Shown one piece after another: positions 51,879 through 64,000 of a DNA stretch of 64,000 nt (within the stretch, counting starts at the first letter, position 1; each line of letters begins with the position of its first letter). The notes beneath the pieces were generated by a model. The model had not been told where the DNA came from, ran no database searches, and worked only from the letters and a program-made list of their open reading frames with translations. The position numbers and the translations under genes were made by a program. The DNA is taken from assembly GCA_010909165.1 (NCBI GenBank), contig MU008181.1, positions 1,006,788 through 1,070,787 of the forward strand. The letters are read 5' to 3'. Origin of the DNA: Anthoceros angustus. Taxonomy: Eukaryota > Plantae > Anthocerotophyta.

Positions 51879-53148
51879 TCATCCATCACTGAACTCGTTA
51901 CATAAATCCCTCTTGTCGATTAACGTCAAAGTGCAAATAAGGGTATAGTAATACCGAACCCACGTGAACCGCTCCAAGTATGGAGACAACCCGGCAATAA
52001 ACCTTCTCAAGTTCGAGTAGAAGGTAGGCGTGGGACTGCTGTGGCCACCTGCCACCGCCACCAAGTCCAGCACAGTCTTGACATGGAACTTGGGAGGACT
52101 GTTGAGCAGCACATTGTCCACCTTATGCTCGTATATCTTCCCTTGCTTATCTAACTTGTACTCCGACGTTCCATCAAACCTCCCCTGCGCTTCCCACGGC
52201 ACCCGAGGAACTCCTCTCACGGTCCAACGCACAGTGATCACGTTATCACACGGCTGCCATACCCGCACTATGTCCACCCAAAGGGCCTTGAAAAAGATTT
52301 TACCGTGGAAGCGGAGAGCTCCAAAGATGAGCTTGTAGTTCTGGATGCCTCCGAACGTATTCATCGGGTCCCGAAAAACAATGTCATCCCTGCGCAGACC
52401 GCACCAAACAACCACATGAGAAACCACATACATACTCTACATCACGCCAGGCCAAATCCCAGCTAACGCCACCTCAAAACAAGATCCCTCACCTGTAGAT
52501 TTCGTAGGTGAGATCCTTGTAGAACATGGCAGGCAGCTCCTCCCGCAGAGTCCGAATGGCGTACCCCGCGTTGAGGTAGAACTCGTCCCTGTGAGGGTCT
52601 TCCTTCTTCTGCCGCGGGGGAGGCGAGGACTGCACCGCCGCGGAATTCCCGAACCCCGAGGTTATCCAGCTGCCGTAGAGCACCTCCCAGGGCCTGCGCC
52701 CCTCCAGGGGTGCGACGGTCGGGATGTCCGCCAGCTCGGAAACAAACGGCGGGCGCCAGACGAACAACTCCTCCTCCTGCACCTCTTCTTCCACAGCATT
52801 CGCCCCCGCATCAGCCTCAGCTCCTTCCACCACGGCTCCACCTTTCCCAGCTGCCGAGCATCGCACACTAGCCTCCCTCCTGCCGGCCTCGCCGTGCCGG
52901 CACCGCAGCCTGGCGTGCGGGAAGCCGAGCCTGGCCACGGGCAGGCACGCTGGAGAGAGCAGATTGCAAGAATTGCATGTGGCCGCCGCTGCAGCCCCTG
53001 GAGCTCCTGCTGGCGAGCACGACCGCGGCGTGAGGAGGTCGCAATGCAGCGCCATCGTGCTGTCCGGTCCGGTCCTGTCAGGTCTGGTCGTGGAGCATGG
53101 CGATGGCGAGCATTGAAGCGGTGGCACGCGCGCTGCACAGGCTTCCAC
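51879..53148 (-). CDS. DUF2358 (NTF2-like) plant protein, probable plastid transit peptide, 2 exons
   Basis: FYLNAGYAIRTLREELP..F......IYRDDIVFRDPMNTF.GI.NYK.IF.ALRFHG, RWTVRGVPRVPWE..GRFDGTSEYKLD..GKIYEH.VDN. Confidence 0.88.
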
Positions 53149-53405
53149 AGGCTGGCTGCGTCGGTATCGAGAGCATCAGCATTTCGGCGGGCAGGAAAAT
53201 GCGATTGCGGAGGATGGAAGCAAGCAAGGCGGACAGATAGGGATGAGGGACGGGTTCCTCATGAGTGGGCCACGCCGACATCCCGAATGCCAATAAGAAA
53301 ATGGCTTCATGCTATACCCATACATACCGCGTTCCAATAAATGGTCTTAAAATAGTCACCACAGGTGAAACTGTGGCTGTCGTATGTCCTAGGCATCTAC
53401 CTAGT

Positions 53406-55499
53406 CTACATGCACAACTCCTGGAGCTCTTGCTGCTCCTCTGTGCACCACTGCACTTGCTCCAGGAACTGCTCCAGTGTGAAGATGCTCTTCTTCACGG
53501 GGCCAGCAGGGGGCACGGTTTCTCCAGGTTGGAACACCGAGAGTGCTTCCTCTCGCCCGTTGTACAGGGCTCTGACATACAGCTTATCTCCGTTGGGGGC
53601 CTTCAGCAGCTCCAGCAGCACGAACGATGCGTACTCTGGCCAGTTCTTCCAAGGGGAGCCGAGGCATACTGCACAAGGATGAGGTTAGAGAGGGTGTCCT
53701 TCACCATGAAGCCACTGTATGCATATCATGGAGATGGCGTCAGCAACAGCAGCAGCCTGGGATCTCACCAGAGAGGGGGACAATGCTTGCATCGTGACCA
53801 GAGTAGAGGAAGAAGGAAGGGGTCGTTGCTGATTCATCTCGGTACTTAGCCATAGCGCCTGTTATGAGCCTAAGGAGCCCTCCCATGGCCAGCTGGCAGA
53901 TGTCTTTGTCCTGTGCATCCAGCCATGGAGCTTAAGAAGACAGTCAGGCGGGGAGCAAGATGCATGACTACAAGGGGGCAGCGACGGACCTGAAGAGCGG
54001 CCACATTATCCTTCGCAAGTTCTTGCACAGCTTGATCGACGTCGGCAGGGGTTACTCCCGCTGGTAAAGCATCACCATGACACTTAGCACAGTGGACTAT
54101 ATCGACTGCCTACTCTTGCAAACAGCAGGCATCAGTATCAGTTGCAGGGAGGTTGTCCAGAAACGTCAGAGTACAAAGGCTGTTTTGGTTGGAAAACGGG
54201 CAGCAACCTACCGTTAGCCAAGGAAAAGGAGCAAGGTCAGGAAGACAAAGGTGGAGTTGCAAAGCTTTTCTGAGTCCCTGGCAATTAAGAGGGAGGCAAG
54301 ACATTTAGAAGTGCAACAGATTTGGAAGCACATAGCTTGTTTTCTGTCCTGTGAAGCAAACATTCCGGACAAGGTCCTGGCTAAATACCTCAGATCTTGC
54401 CTGCCAACAGTTCTCTTTCAGTTTCAAATTTCCCTTAGAATCCAGCCCTCCCGTCGTATGCAAGCTCATCCATTTCCGCACCCACAGTGTTCTCAACCTA
54501 CATGACCAAAGAAACCAACCAGTATGAGATACAAAACAGCGGGCACCAGACCGCCAACATTTGAAGTTGCGGATGAGGTTTATATACTCAGGGCAGTGAT
54601 CGTAATTGTGTATGTCGTGAAGCGTCTCGATAGGGATCCCTGCAGCAGCGGGGGGAGATCCAACAAGGCCTTCAAGAACGTACCACGCTGCCAATTATCC
54701 ATGTTGAAGTTAATGTCAAGCTCACGACTCACCAAGAATTGACACTGCTGGATGAACAAGCAGATATGATCCAGATCACCTGTCATGTGCGTACGCCTAT
54801 AGTCGGTTGTCCTCACCGCCAGAACGGACGCCAGGTCTTCATCCAAGAAACAGGGCGAATTGACGTAATTCTTCCTCAACCACTTTCCAAGCTCCTGAGC
54901 CTGTCTTGCACCTGCACCAATTTCCATCCACAATTAACAAGTGCGTCCCAGCCTCCAGCTCAAAAACAAAAACTGCACGCGAAGGGAATTCGAACCAACC
55001 CCGCTGCGTGAGCCAGCCCCAAGGATGCTCCTGCAGGCGATAAGAATCGAATTCCGGCATGTGAGCGGAAGCTTCTTGCACCCTGGCTGCCCAGACTTCA
55101 GCACCATCCCTGCAGCCTGCCGGGCCTGGCCTCGAGAGAGGAACGGGAGATCTATCCCCATGCCTGAACAATACATGCGCCTGCGAAACGACCAGATCAA
55201 CGACTTGTAAGATATTGCAACAATGCCGCGCGATGAAATCGCAAGTCTCAAGCCAAACGGTGCCACATCCACAGGCACCTTGGATAGGCGTGAATGCAAA
55301 CCTGAACAGGCCGAAGGACAACGCCGTCCAGAACTGCGGGCTCGTATGAATAAGCCCCCGTGGCCTCCATTACAACGCTTCTTGGAAACGTTGGCCTGAC
55401 GATCGCCTGGTAATTTGCCCTAACAAATTTTCGGCGAAATTGGCTGCTGCTCCGAAACAGCAAATGGACACCCTGAATCGGAGCCATGCGTGCATACAT
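53406..55499 (-). CDS. Histidine acid phosphatase (branch 2, ACP6-like), spliced
   Basis: VLFRHGDRSP, GWLTQRG, ELGKWLRKNY, RTTDYRRT, LYSGHDAS, WPEYASFVLLEL, YVRALYNG. Confidence 0.85.
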
Positions 55500-55608
55500 G
55501 TTTTGTATCTAGATGTTCCTTTTCCCTCCTCTCTGCCCACAGCATGGGTCAGAGAGAATTACAGGAAAAGAAAACGCGGAATTATAGTATAAGAAGCCTT
55601 GAGAGGCA

Positions 55609-56106
55609 TGTAGCCCCGGATCTAGTTTAGTAAGTTGCAAGTAGTGGTGGTAAGGCTTAGTTTAGGGCTTAAGGAAGATAGTCTGCTATAGGTAGTTACT
55701 TTGGGAATGATGTAAGCCTCCCTATAAAAGGAGATGAGGCTAGCCTTAAAGATGATCATCCTATGATCCTAGCAATTGGAGCCACTCTCATGAGGATAGG
55801 ACTGGGGTGCCTACAAGCTTTAGGAGCCTAGAGTGTGAGCATGTCTAGGAGGATCCTAGCACTTACGGCTACACTCTTGTGAGGATAGGACTGAGGTGCC
55901 TACAAGCTTTGGGAGCCTAGAGTGTGAGCGTGCTACATGAGAGCTGTTGAGGAGGAGATCGAGGGGAGAGAGCTAAGCTCCTACCTTAGGCAAAGATGGG
56001 GAGCTCTCTCCGATCTCATGTATTCTCATGACTCACGAATAAAGAGCCGGCAGAGGTGTCGACCGCGAGTCGTCCTGCAGTTGACTACGGGCTACTTGGA
56101 GGCCTA
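55609..56106 (+). mobile_element. LTR (plus orientation, truncated) with an ~82-bp internal doublet
   Basis: Starts TGTAG; contains ctataaaag and aataaa; 55950-56106 is the reverse complement of 57010-57180. Confidence 0.65.
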
Positions 56107-57180
56107 GTGCTGGTATTTGGTGATGTTATTGCTGTTAACTGCGTGACTACCCCACCTCTGAAGTCCACTATAAAATCTGTGGAGCTTATCCACCTCTTGC
56201 ATATCAAGGCATTGTAAAACAGCTGTGCTAAATTCACTTACATACATCCGTAATATTCCTGTGTGCTTCACATTCTCTAGCATCCTTCTTGCCAGCATAG
56301 ATGCATTAGTTGGTTGGAATTGAAGTTGCAGTGCATCTATGGATTCTGCCCAGGTGGAAATAGTTTCCACTCTATTACCCTGCTCAATACTTTGAATATA
56401 ATTTCTCCACTATAAGAGCGTGCACTTCTCTAAAAAAGCAATCCATATGATCTAAGATAATTGCCTCGGTAATCCTCTATGATGCTTTTTCTAAAGTATC
56501 CTTCCAATGAGAAAAACCATGAATTGATTTTCTCCGCATCTCGTTCATGCTTAAAACCTACCTGAGTGCTGAAGGCTTATCCTCAACTTCTTGGGTCTCC
56601 TTGCTCTACTCTTTTCTAGGCCAGGCTCTAATTTGACCTGTTCATCATCCATCTCTGGTTCGTCGAGCTTTCTTTTTCCTTTTGCTTGTTGCTCTAGAGC
56701 TTCCATTCTCCTCAAAAGATTTTGAAGCTCCTCTTGTGACATGATGACGGTCTTCGGCTCAAAGGTATCTGCCTCTATCGTTCCAAGAATTAGTGGCCCT
56801 ATCTGAGGCTCATCTACTACGGTCTCCAACACAGGAGCCTTCTCTTTCTTCCGCCATATTCTTTCTACTCTGCCTGGCTCTTCAGGATCGGCCATCTCCA
56901 CCTAGCATCCTAGCTAAAAGATGCTTCAACCTAGCTCTGATACCACAAGTAACACTCCTTTCCCGGCTGTAGGTGTACCACACAATTAGCTAATAACATC
57001 ACCGACGATTAGGCCTCCAAGTAGCCCGCCGTCCTTCCGCAGGATGACTCGCAGCAGCACCTCTAGCGCTGCTCTTTATTCTAGCAAGAGTGAACAAGAA
57101 TACATGAGACTGGGCAGGAGAGGCTCCCCCATCTTTGCCTAAGTGTAAACAAAGGGTGACCTAATGCTTGATCCTCCACC
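56104..57180 (-). mobile_element. Ty3/Gypsy 5' fragment: LTR part, Met-tRNA PBS and degenerate gag
   Basis: TGGTATCAGAGC at 56934-56945 (minus), followed by gag: INSWFFSLEGYF, TWAESIDALQLQFQP...ARRML, YVSEF, DKLHRFYSGL. Confidence 0.85.
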
Positions 57181-60100
57181 GGCCGGTTCATAGGAGTTTA
57201 CGCTTTTTTTTAAGGATTTGTGTGTTGAATAAAAGGTAAGCTTGGATAGTAAGGCCTACCTGACCACCTACGTCGCCGCGACGACGACAACTCCGCTGTA
57301 AGCGAGGTCCAAAGTAGCTCCGGAGGTAGCAAGAAAGGCAAGTCCGGAGGAATGGGTCATAATTACGGAAGGGTTGATGCGTGGACGATGGCATGGGGCC
57401 AGTCTGACATGTAAGTGGCCAGGGCCACAGACCTGCCAAGAGCCGTAATAGGTAGTTTAGGGCGATAGTCATGACCCGGGGACAGGTACCAGATGGCGTC
57501 GGGCATGAAGGTGCAGTACGAGATGTAGGAGGGTGGCAGTTACTGGCCGCAAAAAGACACGTTCCCGCATGACGCTTACGCTCATCGCGCCACAGCTAGG
57601 AGGAGGAAGGGACTCTCAGTTTTCTTATCTTGGCAATTTTCTCGCTCCCTTGCGCTCCGACACCCTGCTCTTTGGCGCTTGCTCTTCCGATGTCCAAGCA
57701 TCTTCGGCTGGCCGACAAGACTAAGTCGTGGCGCCGCCTTTCGTAACTCCGTCATAATGTGATACTAATCTCTGCACTTGGGTTTAGTGTTTGATTAGCA
57801 TTAATTAATCTAATTACTTATCTTTAAGTATGTAATTAGTGCTAATTAATCTAAGGTGCTTTTTCTTTTTCCTACCGCGTGCATGCATTCACTGGTGCGA
57901 TTGTGCATATAGGAGGCACCCATGAGGCAAAACTGTGCCCGCTCCTTCCGCCTCCTCTTCCGCTTGTCTCACCTCCTCGCTTCCGGCAGCCTCTTGGTCT
58001 TCCGCTTGCCTTGGCAAGCATCGGCCTCTTCAAGGAGCGAATCGCGCCTTCTCTTACATGAAGGTTGCTCCTACCGGGTCCGGGCTCAATCGCACGCTAA
58101 TGTCGGAGGAAATGACCCGAGCACCCGGATGGATATGGGGCGAGTGCCTAGAACTCTATCAAGAAAACCCCGGAGGGCCCGGCACAGGCATTTTGGAGGC
58201 TTCAGGAGGCGCGATCCACACATGTCCGAGGCGCCGGGACGGGCTATTGGCGACGCAATCCTAGGCGGAGGTGTTGGATTTCAGCGGCGGATCATGGAGA
58301 TGGGCGGTGCATCCAAATTATTGCCTCCTGGAGGTTCCAAGTCGCGCCGACTGGATGTCTTCCTTGACTCGGATTGGCTCAGCCACATCTTAGAAATCTT
58401 TATAGAGCTGCCCAAGCGCTGTGGAGGCAATCCATAGAGGGCTCTTTCAGCCCATCTCTTCTTTTCTCGCATGACGGCTTCATTTGTATTAGGGACGGAC
58501 GCGGGAGGGGCTGCACGGCCGAGGCCATTAGGCCGAGACCGTTTTAGCCGTGGCGCCCGACGCGAAATCGTCTCGGGCGTAAGGGAGCGCGGGCCGGGGC
58601 CGACGCGTCCCACTCGACTGCAGACCGAGGCGTTAGCCGAGGTCTATGCTCATTTAAGGGGTGCTGCCCAGATTATAACTCTCCTTTCTCTCTCTTCCAT
58701 GTAATTTATAAGGTAACACGAGTTTTGATTTTAGCTTTCGCTTAGTAAAAGTCCGGTAGCTTTTAACTTTTAATGCTTTTACTGGACGTTCTGGTTCTCG
58801 AATCAAGTCATATTCTATTGGGGTTGTTAAAATTGATCCTGTGGTGCATAGTCTTGAGTAATGTCTTTCATTTGTTGTACGGTCCGGATAAAAGTTTATC
58901 ATCTCAAAGATTTCGCCCAGTATCGTGAATATTTCTACAAGCAATTTTATTTGTTAGTAATTGAAGTTTTTAAAATTAAAAACAAGCAATTTAATATACT
59001 AACCTCAAACAGTGCAAATAACTCCTTTTGTTTCTTGATAACTACAAAGCGAAGGTGGAAGTGTTAGTAAATTACCTCCATTTCAGTCAAGTCACGTCAC
59101 CTTTCGGTAAATACCTTTCTGACTAACGTCATGCAGGTGCTGTGAAGATTCCCCACACTACGAAAGTGTGACTTTATGTTCTGGATAATGGGCAGATGTT
59201 AGAAATGTGCATTTGAGGAATATAACTTTTAAATTTAGGAAAATACCTTCTGAATGTTTTTTGTTGTCTCTGGATCCTCCATAAGCGCCAACAGGTCTGC
59301 AGTTTTCAGCTCTTTATTTTGAACAGCTTCAGATATCTCTACAAGTCACAACATGGGAAATTTAAGCATAAATAAACTTTATAAAATAAAAAAATCCAAA
59401 GGTACTTACTTTTCTTAATCTCTATATACTGCTGAAAGGTTGGTGTAGACCCATCTGAGTTGAGGGTCTTTGGCTGCACTGGGTCTTTGAGGATTGGCAT
59501 ATTTGTTCTTGAAATCTTGAAAAATCTGTGGATACTGGTAGTTATTCATCCATTTTCCAAATTCAGTGAATTCTTTAGAAGGGCCATAAGTTGGAGCATT
59601 GTCTTCAGACTCCTCTATTTTCTTCTTTTTTTCCTGTAAAAATGGAGAATTTTATTAGATAGAGGATATTAGACTTCAATTTTGTTAAATACTGGATATT
59701 AGACTTCAATGATTGTTTTGACCAACCTGATGTGAGATGTCCGTTTTGTTGATTTTGTCGCCGATGTCCTGTATTTTGTCTTTGATTTCTTTAGCAGCAG
59801 CCGCTTGTTCTGCAGCACTCTGTAAACGCATAGTTAACAAATTGACAGTACAATACTACATAATGTAAATGCATTTATTTATTTACCTCTAGTATTGATT
59901 GAATGGAGATTTGATGCCCGTTAAATCTTCTGACTAGAGTCATTGTCTCCAACTCTAATTGTGATGTTGTTCGTAAGTTCTTTTTAATATCCTGTACATG
60001 TGAACTTTTATAAATTAGACTTCATATCCATGCTGAATAGAATTTTATAAGGCCGGGAGAAAGTGCGTACCTTTTTTATCTTGTCCAATTGAGCAGGCAT

Positions 60101-60937
60101 CTGGCTAAGGAACTGTAAGTCTTTTTTGTCCATAGATGTAAACATGGTGTGCTCCGTGAGAACTGGAAAACATGCATAAAGTTAGTTCATTGTACAAAAA
60201 CTCGAGCATTTCGGTTCTCAACTATAGTATCTTTGCAACAGTGTACCTTTTTCCACGGTCTTCCTTATTTCAACAATCATGCTCCCGCCCATGGGGATCC
60301 AGGATATGGCACGAAATCGGAGTTTGAAATCCCACTCCGACCGCCAGCTGCCAACGTTCGTTGGTTCTGCACTTTCGTCGTGGCTTTCTGTCAAAATGAC
60401 CGTGTTAGATCTCTGTCTTTTTTTGTGTGTCCTTATTTGTCCGACCTATTTACTCGTGTCTTGGTGTGTCGAAATATATATTTGTTTTTTTCTGCCTGGC
60501 TGTCTTGTTCTTCTTGATTGTCTAGGTTCCTCAATTATTTGTAACTTTATGTTTCTCGTATTCATTTATTCAGTGTATGTTGCAGATCACCATTTCGTTT
60601 CAAACAACTGTGAGGAGCCCACAATTGGAAGCGGAGCAGAGGGCACGAGGGCGCAACAGCGAGGCAGCGTCGAAGTTGGCGAGAAGGATTGAAGGAAGGT
60701 GCGAGTCACTCAGGCGCAACGCCCTCGCGTTGAAGAAAAAGGAGGAAAGAAGTTGGTGGGGAGCAAGCCAGGGCTAACCTTGAATTTGTGGGATAGAGTT
60801 GCTTTCCACCAAAGGTGTTTGCTGAGCTGAGGCACTAGAAGGGCGAGGGAAATCGCAATTGGGAAGTAGCTTCCCCCTTGGACAGCACTTGTGAAGTAAT
60901 TCACTCCCCAGCAACATTTGGGAAGAAGAACGGCACC

Positions 60938-61720
60938 ATGCCTCGAGCAGGAAAAGGCAAGGGGAAGGAACCGCCTGCCAAGGGCTCCTCCTCGAGAGGA
61001 GGAAGAAAGCGGCCCGCGGAGGATGCTGAGAGGGCTGCCGCACCTAATTTTGCTTTGCGCACGTAAAGTCGATTTTCGGCAGTGGGCGGAAGAGAAGAAC
61101 ATCCAATTGGGATGGGTGTATGGCCGCCAATGGGCCTACACTAATTTAGAACTGATTGAGGAGTGTTTCATCAACCTCCATCATTCAGAAGAAGCCCTTG
61201 CCGCAATACCGGAGAGGAATGCTCGGACTGATCCTCGATGTTGGACGGTCCGAAGCATTAGGCAAGTGTATGGGAGACCGGAGGAGGAAAGCTCTGGAAT
61301 TGCTCTCCTCGAGAGGACCAATGGTGGGAAGAGGATTGCCCTCACAGAGATTCCACAGGAGGTCCTGGATATGATGGAGGTGAGGCACGCCAAGAATGGC
61401 TGGAAGACGGAGCAGCATCAAGGAGGCTGGAGGCTCTTCTTGAAGATTGTGTTGAGGTTGGTACCAACGGACCTCTTACTTCAAGACCAATTTCCAGCCT
61501 TGTGGAAAATTTCATGAGGAGCTAAGCATTGGGGACAATCATGTATGAGGCCTATATCCATCATGGAAAGCCCTCCTCCAATTCTAGATGAGGAAGGGCC
61601 AAGGCCTCATTATCTTAGCACCTATTTGGTGCATTTGTGGGAAACCGAGGGACTTCTCACAAGCAAGGAGTTGGAAGATGCTTGGCATCCTTCTCGGAGA
61701 TAATTCATCTCGACCAAGCT
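60938..61720 (+). pseudogene. Second copy of the retrotransposon accessory ORF family
   Basis: DPRCWTVRSIRQVYGRPEEE, KNGWK, WGTIMY, LAPYLVHLW..GLL align by eye with 41064-41921. Confidence 0.65.
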
Positions 61721-63770
61721 TGGAAAGGCCTTTGCCTTTGCCTTGAGGAAGACAAAGTGGAGGTCGACCTCCACAAGCATGGGCCAAGGGTAGGATGTAG
61801 AGGCAACAAGGTTGCGGAGTAAGTTTTTCCCACAAGAGCTGTGGGAGGAGAAGACCAGAAATGTAAGCGACCGAGGCGATTGGTGGTATCGAGAGGAGAA
61901 CCACTGCAGGTGAGTGGTGACCCAAGGGTGGGGAGTCCCCACCATCTCATTTGTGCCTGGAGGAGGCAGCAGCCTACCTTGAGGCAACCTACAGGGGTGG
62001 GCAGATTACCGTGTGGTGGGCGGTCCACTCAGCGGTGGCACCTCCCGATGGAATGTAATTTCAGAGAGCAAGGGTTTGATCCTTCTGTTCCTGATGGTGC
62101 TGTTGTTGATACTCTGAGTGGGGGTGAGGATAAGTCTAAGCGTCAACACAATTGGTGTCGTAGTAGATTGAGAGCCTTTATGAAAGTAAGTGGTGTGAGG
62201 GGTGGGGATAGAGTAGTAGAGGATATCCCCCATAGAGATCTGAACTTGATTCTGATACCCTTCTTCCATCAAGTGCGCAATCTAAAGAACAACTCCAGGT
62301 TCTCCCCAGAAACGTAAGTGTGTTTCTCATTGAGTATTTCGGTTTTTTGATTCTTTGGTATCTAACCCTTCTCAATTTTTCAGGTTGATGTCCTTCTTTC
62401 GAGGGTTTAATCGGATCCTGATAAGAAAGTGTGTTCTCGACCAGAGCCGTTTGGGTTCTGATGTCCCTATCATAAATATGTTCCATGGTATATTTCATGG
62501 GGCACAGGCTGCCCTGGTGGCCTCGATGAAGATCAGCAAGGACCTTGGCATTGTTTCTTGCCGTAAGGAGGTCAAGGTCATTTCTGATGATGATGAGCGG
62601 AGGATCCTTGCCCACAGGGACCATCAGTGTTCGTTTGGTCGTGGCGCTCAAAAGAGGTATATCTGCTTTCTTTTTGATTTAGTTGAAGGAATAGATTGTC
62701 CTCTAATCTTTAGTTTCCTTCTGGTGCAGGTGTGCATACTTTTGTATGAATCGGTTTGGGGTTCGTGGTGGAGAGGAGTTGCACAACCTCCTGATTATGG
62801 ATTTCACCTTTGGATCGATTAAAGGCGGGAATTTTGTCCAAGATGGCCCTCTTGTGTGGAAATACACATGAACTTTTGGGTATTAACATTTGTAAACTGT
62901 TTGCAGGTATGTGGGCTATGCACTTCCCTGGGGAGTTAAGAAATAAGTAGGGTTTCTGTTTTTTTAGGATTGAAGGATAAATAAGGCGGAAAAGGAGGAA
63001 TAAATTGGGGTAGCGCTTGGACGAGGCTCGGAGTATACTCGGACTGGAGTGAACAACGGACCCCGGTACCACTATGGCAAGCTCCGGACTACGCCGGAGT
63101 AACGGATAAGTCCGGAACCCTCCAGTCAAAAGGATAAATCGCGAAAGTAACCTAGGAGCGGGCGTGAGGGCAGACAGGCGCCACGTGGGCCACAGTGGAG
63201 GTCGGGCATGCAGAGGCGGGCCGTAACCTTGCAGGCCGTTCGCCCCGCCACCGACAGGCCTGCATCCACTCCCCCGCAGTAGCACGCTGCCGTCTCGACC
63301 TGCAGCGAGGACATGCACGCCATGCGGGTGGCGGGATCTGGACGCCGCGCGCATGAGCGTTGCATCGATCGAATGCCCCGCCCTCGCCTCGGCTGGCCTC
63401 GCCTGCCGTCGCCGGCGTCTCCTTTCTGCCAGCCGCCGGCTCCGGCTGACGCCCTACCGCATCAGCCAGGACAGTCCATCCCGCGCCCTGTGCGGTCGGT
63501 CGGTCATGTGACGAGACTCGCAGCTCCAGTCGTCTCTCTCGCCGGCTCTCTCTCTCTCTTTCCCTCCCGCCTCCTTATCCTCTCCAACCGGGCTCTCCGC
63601 TCTCTCCCGTATTTTAGTACTTACGCTGCGGGAGCACAGAGTGAACTGAACTTGAAAGGTCTCGCGCGGGCTTGGAGCCTCACTCCGGGCTCCCAGCGTG
63701 AAACAAGGAAGGAGACGCGAATTCTGATTCGCGAATCGGGAGTCGCGAATTCTTTGTGAATCAGGGTGTG

Positions 63771-64000
63771 ATGCGCGATGGAGCTCCTGCCTCCAAGAAT
63801 CGGGCCAACCACGTGGCGCTCTCACCGATCTCCTTCCTGGAGAGGACGGCGGTTGTGCATCCGGATCGGCTCGCTGTCGTCTATGGAAGTCGGAGATTTA
63901 CCTGGCTCGAGACGGAGCGGAGGTGCCGGCTTTTGGCCTCAGCGCTGGCACTCCGTGCAAAAGGGAGACACTGTGAGCATGTGTTATTGCGTTTTTTTCC
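63771..64000 (+). CDS. Acyl-activating enzyme (AAE clade I, acyl-CoA synthetase), first exon; continues beyond the window
   Basis: ANHVALSPISFLERTAVVHPDRLAVVYGSRRFTW.ET..RC..LASAL, then a gtgag donor near 63973. Confidence 0.85.
   Translation, partial: MRDGAPASKNRANHVALSPISFLERTAVVHPDRLAVVYGSRRFTWLETERRCRLLASALALRAKGRHCEHVLLRFF

Noticed and set aside
57190-58700. GC-rich ORFs (57922-58437, 58281-58613)
   Set aside because: Probably LTR-element internal or UTR sequence, but no diagnostic motif was found.

Overview
Eukaryotic, intron-rich nuclear DNA from a land plant with flagellated sperm. It has short (~70-110 bp) introns, a CFAP251/WDR66 flagellar gene, and plant-type PS1, LEA_2/NHL, DUF2358 and AAE genes. 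A hornwort or other seed-free plant is my inference. Host genes: intronless RPC8 head-to-head with DNA polymerase delta catalytic subunit, a LEA_2 tandem array interleaved with NAPE-PLD fragments, NAPE-PLD, CFAP251, PS1 (FHA+PIN), an orphan coiled-coil ORF, DUF2358, a histidine acid phosphatase and the 5' end of an acyl-activating enzyme. Between them lie decayed transposon islands: a CRE-like non-LTR retrotransposon with a restriction-like endonuclease (plus a second RT fragment), an AT-rich kinase relic, a CACTA/Harbinger/Gypsy nest, LTR elements carrying an uncharacterised accessory ORF (two homologous copies), and a Gypsy gag between inverted LTRs. The most notable item is a decayed bacterial-type beta-class N6A/N4C DNA methyltransferase (~30240-30960) lying just inside CACTA-like subterminal repeats. 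Three indel-rich tandem duplications may be long-read assembly artefacts. Coordinates of spliced genes and TE relics are approximate.
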